A DNA stretch of 63,902 bases, counting the filler, from Trichosphaerium sp. ATCC 40318 (Eukaryota > Protista > Tubulinea): assembly GCA_038496445.1 (NCBI GenBank). It is 3 parts of 3 records of this genome, joined end to end, with 100 filler letters (N's around TTAATTAATTAA, not from the genome) between each part and the next. Parts side by side here need not be neighbours in the genome. Positions count along the whole stretch, not along the records: positions 1 to 29,064 come from JALMLS010000454.1; positions 29,165 to 49,805 come from JALMLS010000365.1; 1 more part is not named here. One strand, given 5' to 3'. Below, piece by piece: positions 23,890 through 36,618 of this stretch. The notes under the pieces were generated by a model. That model was not told the origin of the DNA. It saw only the letters and a program-made list of their open reading frames with translations, and made no database searches. How positions within the stretch are numbered: the stretch's first letter is position 1; every line of letters starts with the position of its first letter. The position numbers and the translations under genes were made by a program.

Positions 23890-25414
23890 AATTGACGTAT
23901 ATGGGAACCTATCTGGATTAAGGAGTTTGAGGTTCAAGAAGTATTGTCCGTATCATTCAAGTTTGCGACAGGTTTGGCAGAAGTATCAAAGTGTAAGATC
24001 TTGCAAGAACTAACAAGATCTTGTAAGAACTAACAGAAGTTGCAAGATCTGTCAGCCTGACTAAACACGAAAACCAAAAGTCACAAACAGCAAAAAGTTG
24101 CAAAGATTAGCAAACTTGCATGATACGGACAATATTGTCCCATTTCGGATGACTAAGGCACTTAGTATTTGATACATCTTGTGGTACTATTACAGATAAA
24201 GGTCTTTCGTATCTGTCAGGATTAAAGAGTCTGGAACTAGGAGAGGCTGTTGGTACCATTACAGGGGAAGGTCTTAAGCACCTGTCTAACTTGACAAGCT
24301 TGAGATTTTCTGATCTACCTGGAGTCGACTAGGATGGGTTTATACATCTTGTTAACCTAAAGGAACTATCTTGTTCTATCGGTGAAAGTTTTACAGATGA
24401 TCATCTTAAGTGCTTTGAAAACCTTGAGTGTCTTAACCTATCACACAGTCACATAACAGACGAAGGATTAAAACATATTAAGAAGCTAAGAAAGCTTTGT
24501 TTGTTTGGAACTATGGATTGTATAACAACAAAAGGTTTACAACATATCAAATACATTGAGGAAGGTAGCTTTCTCTTCGAAGGTGCCTTAACAGCAGACT
24601 GCTACAAGTATCTCTCTGGTATACGCAGATTAGATATTGTACGACAAGGTAAACACGCTATACCATGTGATGAATTATTGAGCTACCTCGCCGGTATTGA
24701 AGATATTTGCATAGCAGGTAACCTTTTTACCATACAGGAGTGCTTTTTTAACATCATCCCCATGTGTACTTTTAGGATTGACATCAGAAGGTATTAAGTA
24801 CCTTTCTGGTGTACACACGGTTGATTTAACTAAAACTACTGTTAACGACGAACGTCTAAAATATCTCTCAGGTGCTCGTAGATTAACTCTGCATGGTACG
24901 TTATTCTTTTTCTCACACGTGAAAAAGCACGTGCATTTGAAACTGAAACGGATTTTTGTTGAGTTACTTTTTGTTTACTAACGCTTGTGTTATTATAGCT
25001 TGCCATGATATCACTAATGATGGCTTGAAGCATCTCGCCGATGTTCCATACATCAATCTTTCTGATACTCAGATATCTGACGAAGGATTGAAGCATCTTG
25101 GCCGTGTTTCTTATCTTTATCTTGATGCTACAAATATTACTGATAATGGCATGAAATACGTCAACCCTAGATTGCTATCTATTGTGATGACTGAAGTCAC
25201 TGACAGCGGTCTTAGCGCTTTGAACAAGACCTACCTCAGATCCGTCAATGTATCTTGGGCAAGAGTTACTGCTAAAGGTATTAAGTCGTTGGCTGGTGTA
25301 CCTTTTATACAAGTGAATGACAACATTGGTAAGCACGTGGATGTAGATGATATTGGAAGGTCAACCTTGCGTTTGATTGATGAAGACATGTATGGTCACT
25401 ATATTATAAGCTAA
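23890..25414 (+). pseudogene. LRR gene, disrupted
   Basis: ITDxGLKHL / SGVHTVDL repeats, in-frame stops (e.g. ~24329) and a MITE insertion at 23944. Confidence 0.7.
23944..24132. mobile_element. 189-bp MITE with TA target duplication
   Basis: TIRs TTGTCCGTATCAtTCAAGTTTGC-type with one mismatch, flanked by TA. Removing it restores the LRR codons K-Y-C-P-I-S-D. Confidence 0.75.
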
Positions 25415-25717
25415 AAAGGTGTACCCATTTACCATCAAAGGAATACCCCCTAATCACGAAGGACTAAATCTCGTCACTTCAAGTTGTTAAACATGCAAAT
25501 AGAATATTTGAGTTTCAAATAAAAAATAGTGTTGCTGTACTCAAGATGCAACTTAAGCTTTCTTCTCAAAAATCATTAAGTACAAAATTAAGACTGCTTC
25601 TTTCCACCAGTCATCAAAATAAAACAACTATTGTTAGCTGTGAATAACAGTTCATTATTGTACGAACACTGCAAAGTTCTTGCTTTGATCTTCTAGCAGT
25701 TGGGAAAATTCTTAAAA

Positions 25718-27475
25718 TTATTTTTGGTGTGCCATTACGATCCAATGCTTTTCATTTTGTACTTTACCATCAACATAAACACCTTGACACTTCAATTGGC
25801 CATTAGAGTACCAATTCTTTTCTTCTCCATGTTTACGTCCATTAACCCAAAAACAATGCCTCTTTAGTTGTCCATTCTCATGCCACATCCTTTCCTCTCC
25901 GTTTTTGTCATTTCTTACATATGTACATTGTGAGAGTATCTGACCATTAGGTGAATAATAGCGCTTTTCTTCACCTTCCTTCTTATCATTAATATAAACA
26001 CCTTGACACTTCAATTGTCCATTATAGTACCAATTCTTTTCTTCTCCATGTTTACGTCCATTAACCCAAAAACAATGTCTCTTTAGTTGTCCATTCTCAT
26101 GCCACATCCTTTCCTCTCCGTTTTTGTCATTTTTTATATACGTACATTGTGAGAGTATCTGACCGTATGAATAATAACGCTTTTCTTCGCCTTCCTTCTT
26201 ATCATTAACATAAAAGCGGTGGAACTCTAGTTGTCCATTTTCGAACCAATACTTTTCCTCACCTTCTTTTCTTGACATAAACTTTTCTTCTGAGTGGTTC
26301 GTGTCATAATGCCAAATACTTTTTAGGTTTCCATTCTCATACCAGTATTTTTCTTCTCCTTCTTTAAAAAATTCGAAATAGAAGCACTGATTTCTCAGAT
26401 TACCATTCTCGTACCAACACTTCTCTTCTCCATGTTTCTTATTATTAACGTAGTAATTCTGGTGCTTCAGTTGGCCACTTGCATACCAATGTTTGACTTC
26501 TCCTTCTACCTTGCCATCAATAAAAGTACATTGAGTTTCTATTTTGCCATTACTGTAATATAATGTCGTTAACCCTTCTTTCTTTCCTTTTCTGTAAACC
26601 ATTTTTGATGCTAATGTTCCATTCTCATGATATTCCTCCTTCTCACCTTCTATTTCTCCATTGACATAAACACATTTTTTGTGCAATTGTCCACTATAAT
26701 GCCAAAGTTTTTCTTCTCCTTCTTTACTACCATTAGCATAAGAACGCTCGCTGGCTATCTGACCACTCTCAAACCAAAATGTTTCTTTTCCTTCTTTCTT
26801 GCCATTAATATAAACACGCTGACTCTTCAGTTGATTATTCTCATACCACTCCTTTTCTTCACTTCTACCATCTTTCCCTACTGGTAATAACGAATAATTT
26901 GGTTTGCCACTCTCATAAAAGTGCTTCTTTGTCATGAATCCATCAATGAAACAGTACTCACGTGATACTTGTCCGTTCTTGTACCAACACTTAATTTCTC
27001 CACTGCGCTTGCCATTAATGCAATTGTACTTCTCTTTCAGTCTACCATTGTTGTGCCACTCCTTACATTCACCATGTACCTTCCCATTGACATAGGGTAG
27101 GAGCTTGAAAATAGAACCGTCTGATATCCTGAACATTTTGCTGTCTCCATGTCTCTTATTATTCTTGTAAAACCGATGTTCCGCAAGGAATCCTTTGATC
27201 GCCCATGCCTTGTACTCGCCATCGAGTACGTCATCGATGTAATGACATTGTTTAATCTGTGAACCTCCTTTATGCCAAGTTTTGAGAACGCCTTGTTTGA
27301 GTCCGCCAGAATAAAACCTTTCGCCTACTTTCTTACCACCGTTGTATCTCATCCATTTACCTTGTTTTTTCAAGTCGATATCAAACCTTGAGCATAATGC
27401 GGCTTGTTTGGATAGCAACGGCCATTTAACATAAGCAGAATAATCCAAGTCCATGATATCGAGTTGTAGCTCCAC
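25718..27475 (-). CDS. MORN-repeat variant protein, intronless
   Basis: 585 aa of KEGEEKxWYENGQLK repeats; N-terminus related to that of 7246-8640. Confidence 0.85.
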   Translation of the reverse strand: MELQLDIMDLDYSAYVKWPLLSKQAALCSRFDIDLKKQGKWMRYNGGKKVGERFYSGGLKQGVLKTWHKGGSQIKQCHYIDDVLDGEYKAWAIKGFLAEHRFYKNNKRHGDSKMFRISDGSIFKLLPYVNGKVHGECKEWHNNGRLKEKYNCINGKRSGEIKCWYKNGQVSREYCFIDGFMTKKHFYESGKPNYSLLPVGKDGRSEEKEWYENNQLKSQRVYINGKKEGKETFWFESGQIASERSYANGSKEGEEKLWHYSGQLHKKCVYVNGEIEGEKEEYHENGTLASKMVYRKGKKEGLTTLYYSNGKIETQCTFIDGKVEGEVKHWYASGQLKHQNYYVNNKKHGEEKCWYENGNLRNQCFYFEFFKEGEEKYWYENGNLKSIWHYDTNHSEEKFMSRKEGEEKYWFENGQLEFHRFYVNDKKEGEEKRYYSYGQILSQCTYIKNDKNGEERMWHENGQLKRHCFWVNGRKHGEEKNWYYNGQLKCQGVYINDKKEGEEKRYYSPNGQILSQCTYVRNDKNGEERMWHENGQLKRHCFWVNGRKHGEEKNWYSNGQLKCQGVYVDGKVQNEKHWIVMAHQK

Positions 27476-28668
27476 TGGGAGTTGGAGAAGACTCGTTTTA
27501 ATATGTTTTTGTTTGTGTGTCCTCTATTCAGCGTCAAAATACGTTAATACGTTAAAAATATATTGTACATACTTTTCTTCTTGCCGCCATACCGTTTTTT
27601 TGGTCGTGTTGCTGTAGTTATGAAAATTGCCTAAGAATTCGTGAGAAAACTCATTTTTTTTCATGAGCCGCCTTTCTTGTTTTTTTCTAGTGTTAAAAAT
27701 GTTCAATAGAATACTATTCGCAAATACGCCTTAAAATACTCGCTCATACAATTTAACTTCAATACAGTGTCGCCTAAGAAAATCTTGAGCGTGGAAGGCT
27801 TTACTTGACATTGACAGTAGCTGGTACAATATCTTCATGCAATACTTAAACGGTACTTATCACGTGTTAAAGGTTGGTGTCGTTTCTAACGGTTTTGCGA
27901 TTAGAATCCGAAAAAAATGCGAGATCGTAAACGTGTGTGCCAAAGAGCATGATAGGTACTACAACTGTGCCCAATTAGAACATTTACCATTGGTAGATAC
28001 TATTGAATCTTGCAATTCATCGCGTAAGCTACGGAAATATGACACATTGAAAAATTATATAATGTTCATTTCAATGAGGTTGAAATGCTTGATTGAGCAT
28101 CTTATTCCAATACACAAGCTCACATATCCATTCAATGGAAAACTTGTATGCTTTTGTTACATCTCTGGTTGTACGTGATAAACACAACGCTACTGCTTGA
28201 AGATAAAAAATTTCATGGACGCACAAAATTCCTCTAATTCTAGCACTCCAAATGCTGCAATGAGGAAGTATAGACTGTATATACGACGCTTAGCATCACT
28301 ACTGTATCTGTAAAGAAAAATGAGAAGATCAAACGATGTCTGAGGTGTGCATGAGTGTGTTGTAAAAAGTTGAAATTTGTATGAGTAAGGATATTTTGTT
28401 GTATTAGGGAGGGGACTAGAGCATTAATTTACGGCTACACAACCGTTAACGGTTTAGGTTTGATAAACTGATGTCTATAATATTGTCTTTTTCTCTCTGA
28501 TAATAATGACAATGTACCAAGTGATCAACAAGAAGGAGAAACCAACAACTAACTGTTGACGAACTCTAAAACGGGGCAGATAAGGCGCTCCTGAGGTTAA
28601 GTCAAGAGTCTACTTTATTCAGCGTTAAATAGTTTCTACTGTCACCACACGCACCGTCATATAGTAAG

Positions 28669-29064
28669 ATGGCAGATGTTACGCTTGATACTGCAATAAT
28701 GGTTAATTACGCTTCCAAATTGCTCTTTGATAAAGATTTCGCTCGTTACTTTCTGTGTGCGTACCTTCCTTTGCCGTCCGTCATTTCCGTTGGTCAATGC
28801 TCCAAAGAATGGTCTGATATAAAAAAAACAATCTCAGAGGCGGATATGCTCGTCTTATGTAACACATACGCCCTGGAATTGCTCAGGGCACCGAAAAGGT
28901 TCGTTTTGGCGCCAAAACTACCACACCCTGTCAGCCGAATTCAAGAGTCTCTCCGATTGTAAAATAGCTAATGTTAAACAACAGAATCGTAGATGCAGTG
29001 ATTGAATCAACAAGGAATCGTTCAGGAAGAGTTATACAAAATTATAGCTACGAAGAGTTTGATG
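28669..29064 (+). CDS. Hypothetical protein with F-box-like N-terminus, truncated by gap
   Basis: FLCAYLPLPSVISVGQCSKEW. Confidence 0.4.
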
Positions 29065-29164
29065 NNNNNNNNNNNNNNNNNNNNNNNNNNNNNNNNNNNN
29101 NNNNNNNNTTAATTAATTAANNNNNNNNNNNNNNNNNNNNNNNNNNNNNNNNNNNNNNNNNNNN
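29065..29164. other. Artificial contig-join spacer
   Basis: N-run containing TTAATTAATTAA (stop codons in all six frames). Confidence 0.95.
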
Positions 29165-29488
29165 ATTGGTTGCTTCTTTGGCATTTCCATCAAGCTCAGT
29201 TGTAGCTTTTGCAGCATTGCTACTGGCTTTATTAACAGCTTCTATAGCGTCTGAAGTAGCTTTTACGGCGGTATCTTTAACAGACTCTCCTGCTGAACTA
29301 ACTGCTTCCACAGCCTTACTTCCTGCCTCGGTTACAGCATCTGTAGCTGTTGAAGCTGCAGCTGCTAGTTTGTCTTCAGGTTCTCTTGGTTGAGTAGCAC
29401 CAGCAACGGTCTCCTGAACGTATGTAGCTGCCGCAGCCAAGTTTTCTTGAACGTATTCCACGGTTGTTTTTTGTTTATCTGTTGACAT
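29165..29488 (-). CDS. LEA-like Ala/Thr/Glu/Lys-rich protein, 3' truncated by gap
   Basis: Amphipathic low-complexity repeats such as AVTEAGSKAVEAVSSAGESVKDTA. Confidence 0.55.
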
Positions 29489-29980
29489 GTTGTGGTGTGT
29501 TGTTACTTTATAAAATAGATTAAAACTAAAATTGTCGAAATTTCTAGTTTTTCGGACTATTTCACCTTAATAAGGGTTGATATTCGCTCGTTTTAATCAC
29601 ACTTTGTGACTTCTACTTCGTTGAAAACATGAAAAACGGAGGGTGAGAAGGAGTTATGAGGAATAAGACTTGTTTGAATAGCATGTAGGACGGTCGGAAG
29701 TATTCATTAGCTTACTACACAATCAAAGTCCTGCCAATATCAAATTATGATACCGTAAGGATACACAATAAAAAAACGCTTGTACAAAAGTAGCCAGAAA
29801 ATATGTACAACATACCAACCTCAAGTACTGTTTTTGATGTACGCACATTCCACTAAAATTATAATTTCAGAAAAACCAATCGATCACGTGACAGCAGATA
29901 CAAAAGAGAACAAAATAACAGAAGAACAATGATAAATAAATTAATGTTATCTTCGTTTTTGTTCATTTCTTTCTTTTATT

Positions 29981-32000
29981 TTATGGTACAACGACAAAGT
30001 CGTTTTCTTGCTGTCGCTCGTTCTGTTAACAAGCGTTATTAGCGAAAATATATAATTATACTCCACGTACTTTCTCACGTTGCACAGCAACTAAAGTTGC
30101 CCGCAAATCATCTTCTAATTGTTCTAAAACATCATCTGAATGTTTATGTAAATGCTTCCCTTGAAACATAAGTAATTGTTGTTGCAGCCTAACATTCTTC
30201 TGCAACATTTCTGTAATAGTCTCATTCGCTCTAACAGAAAGTAATAAGCAAACAGACACAAGTCGAACCGAAAGACAAAAAACAAGTTTTTTTTTGGCGT
30301 TTTTCTTTGTACTTGAGCAATTCTGCTAAGGTCGCATTTTTTTTCTTCTCGTCTGCCATATTGGCACTTCTTCTTCTTTCTTTTGTCATTTTTTGTGTAA
30401 TTTGTATAGTCCTAGCAGGTGGTTCCCTCACTCTATTAAAGCTACTTGAACGTCGCTTGTTAACACTACAAGTAAACTATAAGTAACTCCACACATTTGT
30501 CAATGACGTACACTATTGAATTACGCCTAGCGAGGAACGTATCACTAGATTCTAGAGATATTAGTAATATGAAAAAATCAATCAAAAAAAGTGTATTCAG
30601 ACAAATTCAAAAAAAACTGAAAACTAGTGGCGTACTAGGTGATGGTGTATCATTTGCAATGCTTAATGTTGTACTACGCCTTCTTAGGCTCTTATTTTTC
30701 TTCTTCTTTGGAACAACTATAGGCGTTGCTGACCGTCTGCCTTTCTTTTTTTGAGGCGAAGTGACTCTAAAAAAAAAATCAAAAAAAATCAATGAACAAA
30801 ACGGCGTCACTTCATCTCTGACGTACTCTTAGCCTCGTTTTGGATTTTTGAAAAAACTGATATAGTTGCTCTATCTGATTTATCAGATAAGCTTCTAGGT
30901 CTCTCAACAACCTTGTCTGATGTGCCAGAAGTAGTTTTTTCTGGATCTTGACTTGCATTAAAATAATCAAGAAGAGTCTTTTCTCCCGTGTCAACACTCA
31001 TCTATAGACTCGTTTAGTATCATTCTAACACTAAAGAAACCACTAGAAATAATAGACTATACCTCCTCTGGTATCTTGACACCTCTTGCACTACAACAGA
31101 GTTAGACAGGACTGATTGAAACCGTTCTATTTTATTTTTACCTTTTCTTTACCTTAAATGTCACACTCCGCGTCATTGGACTACTAAAGCGGTCCTCGAG
31201 CGCGCTCAAATCTATTGCTTGTAGTTCTTCTGGTTTGGCTATAATCTATTAAACAGAAGCCCGAAAAAAAGCGCTTACTTTTACTCTTACTATCTATCTC
31301 AGATTTGGTTGATTCTTTGATGGTGTCTACAAAAATGTAACTACCATTGATTTTGCTTCAGCGTTTGCGTACGATGATTGCGTATGCGTATAGATTTATG
31401 CTTTACAACCTGATAACGTGCTTTAAATTTATCACCAATTGCAAGCATATCTCCATTTTCTAGTGGGCGCATACGCGTACCTAAGTGATAATAAGGCGTA
31501 AAGCTAACAGAATTCTGTTTGTTTTGATTTTCTTTTTTCTGAAGAGCGAAAATGATTCAATTGATGGTTTATGTACCCAATCCAATGCCATTGATATTGA
31601 GACGCGTAGAGTCGCCTGTAATATTATTTATGAGCACCTACAAGCTGAGTCAGCTAAAAACTGACATTATTGAGCGATAATGCCTCTCCACGCAGGTCAG
31701 GGCACTTTTATATGTTTTCGGAGTGTTGTAGACGATTTAATGAAGACACGATCTAACTTTGGAATTACCTTGCCTTCGCTACTGCGACTGATTTCAGCGT
31801 GGATGCGAGCGATTGACCGCGATTGTAATTGTATTTTGAAGCCTGAGACCGTTGATAGGCTAAATGCGCAATAAGCTGAAATTCTGTACTAGCGGCTTGA
31901 ACACGCACTCTGAACCAATATATAAATTGGATGTTTTTAAATCATACTCAGTTGTTTTGCGCTCTTGCCCGCGCTGAATTAGAACGAGATAAAAAGCCAT
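29981..32000 (-). CDS. FHA-domain protein with C-terminal coiled coil (multi-exon)
   Basis: Spliced LYIGSD..QLQSRSIARIHAEI..LNING..LENGDMLAIG (FHA), a Ser/Arg-rich middle, and LQQQLLMFQG..LEQLEDDL. Confidence 0.7.
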
Positions 32001-32332
32001 CAAGCTGGTATTAGCTTTGTTAGTTTGCCGGTTCGTCAAAATATTTTAAGCCACCTTGTCCACTTTGTAGAGTATAGACAAGGCGTAAACTTCTTGGTTT
32101 TGGTGAAATTACTAAAATGTCACTTAATACAGTCCACAAAAAGTCCAGCCTAAATTTAGTACTGGAGGTAATGTAGCGCAGAATGGGCCGATGTTGGCAG
32201 CTAATGCACATTGACCTTTTTATTCCTACAGCGTCAGGGCAAAGGATCACGTGCATGTGTTTTCTAAATGGCTACACACAAGATGTTGATAATGAATTTA
32301 AGTTTCCGATTCCTGTGAGAACGAGACCATGA

Positions 32333-33510
32333 TCAGTATTGTTTGGTTTTATGTACAAGTGATTTATTTGAATTAGGTACAAGGATGTCAAGACAAGGTT
32401 TTAAGTGCAACTTGAGTTTGAAAATGAAAAGTTGTTTTTGAGGTTTTGAGTGAAACGAAATGAATTCCAATTGTCCTTGTGAGACATCTGTAGCTTCTGT
32501 ATTTCTCGGTGGTTTAAATGTGAACCATAGCAAACATAAGACACACTACTATAATCACTGTGGTCGTCATACTGTTTGAAGCAGATCCCGAGTGTTGTTT
32601 AGGTTGTGTTCGCGCCTTTGTTGGTGTGTATGTTGGTGCTACAGTTGGTGATACGGTTGGTGCAGGAGTAGGTGTCATAGTTGGCATTCGTGTTGGGGTA
32701 TCTATTGGGACTAGAGCTGTACAAAAGTTAAAAGATTGAATGATAGGAGAATAAAAAAAGAACGAAAAGACGATGTATTGATTGAAATAAGTACCTTCTC
32801 TACAATCGACTCCTTGGGTACATATACTACCTGTAAAACAATTTTGTGTTGTGTGGTTAAAGCATTGGCTATCTACACCTTCAGTTGTTGCTAAAAGAAG
32901 AGTTATTTATTGAACGAAATATCAATTTCAAAAAGAACGTACATTCACAATAACCAAGTCCATGATCGCATACAATATCCTTGAAACAGTCCTGAGTACT
33001 TTCATCGTAACAGATTGCCTCTCTTCCCTCTTTACATATTTTCGTTCCCACAGGGCAATTGGTGTAACCATCTGCGCAACTGTGTACTTCTGGATCGTAA
33101 CATCCACCAGGATAAATTCCAGCTAGAAAACACATTAATTTCAATTTCAAATCAATGATTGATGTGGTACCTTGGCAATATTCCTCTCCGATATTACAAA
33201 CGTTACCACCTGCTACACAATGCTGTGTATCTAAATGGTAACATTCGCTCTCCATAAGCGCCTCGATATTCGTGCATACACCGATAAGCAATCCTGAACA
33301 TATTTTACCCCCCAGACATGATTTCTGTGAGCTATCAAAGCAACCACCAACACCAAAAGGACCTATTATTTGAGTGAGTGATTTTCATCATTGTAAAAAA
33401 AAATATAGTTTTAGATTTGACGTACCTGGGTCGCAAATCGAGTACGTGCAATTCTTACAACATGCAAGAGAAGCAATAGATAAAATAAGAAGAGTGAGTA
33501 GAGTATTCAT
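32333..33510 (-). CDS. Cys-rich repeat (C[FY]DPxxxxCxxGxxC) type-I membrane protein, copy A
   Basis: Signal peptide MNTLLTLLILSIASLAC, Cys repeats, Pro/Thr stalk, TM helix; inverted paralog of 34801-36039. Confidence 0.75.
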
Positions 33511-35612
33511 GATGAGGCTGTTGTTGTTGCGGTTGTAGTTGTTTGATATTATGATTTTTTAAGTTGTCGTTTTAAGCAATATTTTATCAATCACTTCTTT
33601 GATTATTGGTTCATCAGTTTTCGATCTTATTGTGCTGTCCTGGTTCTCAATCTCAAGCTTCAAACTAATCACATATTGTTATAATGTGTTGGGTAGTGTG
33701 TAGCAAAAAAGTAATATTAATTAACAACATCAATTAACAACTCAACGTTTGTCTCTACGTGATTGAAAAGAGTGTCCGCAGTAGTTTTCTAAAACTCAAC
33801 TCCCTCATGAATACCAACCGCTGCCAACGTATGCTGCTCGTTTGCATACATGCTGAAGGAACTATATGTTTTTCTCGCTAAACGACAATGCTTCAATACC
33901 AAGTTGTATCGTAGAACAATTGTGGCTAGAAAATGCAGCTATGCTTAAGTATTTTAAACAATTCGGTATCTTGCAGAACAACTGACACTCATACAATATG
34001 AAAGTTTGCTCCACCATTAAAAGGCCTCACTTTTACAACCTTGCGTAGTACTTTGTCGAACAAAGCTATCAAGCCTCTCACGCATGGAATAGTATGCTAT
34101 CGGAGGTTTTATTTTACAAACAGTTTTAATGGGATTGCTCTTGTGTCACTACATACGTATTAAAAAATGAAAGAGCGCCACAGGCCGTATTGAAACTAAA
34201 ACACCAAGATTGAAAGCAACCAATGTGAAACATAAGCCGCCAGTCTTTTACGCCTTGTAATAGGTACACAGCAACTTTTTTCGTTGCACAGCAACTTTCT
34301 GACATGTTGTTCTCAAAAATGTGTAAAACCAGTCTGAATCACTTTTTTGCGCGTAGAAATAGCGATTGCGTTTGTCTTTTCTGGATTTAAAAAAGAGTGA
34401 TTTTCTATCTAGAAAAAAAACTTTCGGATTCAATTTAAAACAGTTTAGCTAAAACAATATCAACTCCAACAACAATGAGTAGAGGGCCCCCTTCGAGCTG
34501 TCCCTTATTTTATGTCCAATAGGATACAGGAATCGCACTAGCGAAATTGTGACGAGATTGAAAACTTGAGTGAAAATACATTCCAGCTATACCGAAAACG
34601 ATTAAACGTACACACTACCCAACACATTATAACAATATGTGATTAGTTTGAAGCTTGAGATTGAGAACCAGGACAGCACAATAAGATCGAAAACTGATGA
34701 ACCAATAATCAAAGAAGTGATTGATAAAAATATCGCTTAAAAGACAACTTAAAAAATCATAATATCAAACAACTACAACCGCAACAACAACAGCCTCATC
34801 ATGAATACTCTACTCACTCTTCTTATTTTATCTATTGCTTCTCTTGCATGTTGTAAGAATTGCACGTACTCGATTTGCGACCCAGGTACGTCAAATCTAA
34901 AACTATATTTTTTTTTACAATGATGAAAATCACTCACTCAAATAATAGGTCCTTTTGGTATCGGTGGTTGCTTTGATACCTCTCAACAATCGTGTGCGGG
35001 GGGTAAAATATGTTCTGAGACAAACATGGGCGTATGTGCAAATACCCAGGAACTAATGGAGAGCGAATGTTACCATTTAGATACACAGCATTGTGTAGCG
35101 GGTGGTAACGTTTGTAATATCGGAGAGGAATATTGCCAAGGTACCACATCAATCATTGATTTGAAATTGAAATTAATGTGTTTTCTAGCTGGAATTTATC
35201 CTGGTGGATGTTACGATCCAGAAGTACACAGTTGCGCAGATGGTTACACCAATTGTTCTGTGGGAATGAAGTTATGTTCAAGTACGACCGATTAACATCA
35301 GAAAGTTGTTTTCTCACGTTCTGCAAAGTGAGGAGTGGAAAGCTAACCTGTTATGATGAAAGTACACAAGACTGTTTCAAGGATATTGTATGCGATCATG
35401 GACTTGGTTATTGTGAATGTACGTTCTTTTTGAAATTGATATTTCGTTCAATAAATAACTCTTCTTTTAGCAACAACTGAAGGTGTAGATAGCCAATGCT
35501 TTAACCACACAACACATGAATGTCCTACAGGTAGTGTATGCACTAAAGGAGTTGATTGTAAACAAGGTAGCCATAATATTTCAATCAATACATCGTCTTT
35601 TCGTTCTTTTTT
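32755..35612. repeat. ~1-kb inverted repeat (arms ~32755-33702 and 34609-~35612)
   Basis: Reverse-complement identity of promoter, exons and introns; spacer of about 0.9 kb. Confidence 0.9.
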
Positions 35613-36039
35613 TTTGTTCAAACTTGTGTACAGCACTAATCACCAACAGCTGCTCCATCAATGCCAACGATGACGCCAACTCCTGCTCCAACTGCATCAC
35701 CAACACAGTCACCAATTGTATCACCAACACAAGAACCAACACAGGCACCAACAAGGACAATTCTACCTACAGTGACACCAAAGGCCGATAGCCTGGAAAA
35801 ACAATTTACTGGTGGATTTATACTGCTAACAATTGTGGGAGTTGTTGTAGTTTTGTTGGGTTTTTGGTACGTTGTATTCTTTTTGTAGCCACCCGTTATC
35901 TGACTATTTGGATAGGCTACTTGGATTTCTATTTTATATTAGAGTGCTAAGCTTTAAGGCAATCAAGAAGTGTCTCTTTGGTTCAAATAATTGCGAGAGA
36001 GATGACACTCATATCGGTGATGTCGAAAACACAGCATGA
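34801..36039 (+). CDS. Cys-rich repeat type-I membrane protein, copy B
   Basis: Same signal peptide, CYDPEVHSCADG repeats, PTMTPTPAPT stalk, TM FILLTIVGVVVVLLGFW. Confidence 0.75.
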
Positions 36040-36618
36040 ACTTTTCAATACACTTGTTGAACTAATAATAAACCTGTAAAAAACAAAAATGAACAAAAGT
36101 ATCTTGAGATGTTGTCTAGCTACATCCATGAAAACTGACCAGTTGCTTACAGTGTTGTGAATATACTCTGATTAACTTAATGCTCCTTTGGGAATTGTAT
36201 TTTCTTTAAAAAGCGACTTCAGAAACAAGCATACTTTGTATTCAAAGGTTTTTTTTTTTGACAAATTCGAACGAATTTTACTAAATTCCCGAATAACGCA
36301 ACTGTGCTATGGTTGAGAAAGTATGATTGAAATGTGAGCGAATAGCAATACAGTTTTGAACCTACACGCAAAGTAGAAAAAATTGCGTAACCAAAGAATT
36401 TGGTACTTCAGTCGTAAAATTTAGGAACCTCTTAAAATTCAACCTTGCTCACACAATGAGTCATCTGCTTCTGTTTAAGACGTAGTTCTCGATGCTAGAG
36501 GACTATACTACTCTATATTGAATCAAATTCGTCTCTGCAAGAGAGGTGCTTCTAACACAAAACGGCTTTCAACATAACAATTCTAACTTTTTATTCTTTT
36601 TAAATTAATAAGGTACAT

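Noticed and set aside
27524-28330. Possible minus-strand spliced gene, and ORF 27837-28178
   Set aside because: I could not assemble a consistent exon chain or recognise a domain.
29065-29164. TTAATTAATTAA within Ns (also 49806-49905) as a biological palindrome or piggyBac TTAA site
   Set aside because: It is a standard six-frame-stop contig linker; adjacency across these joins is not evidence of linkage.
32755-35612. DGR-like template/variable repeat pair near an RT
   Set aside because: The differences are not adenine-specific and include synonymous changes; the only RT is a Gypsy Pol on another contig.
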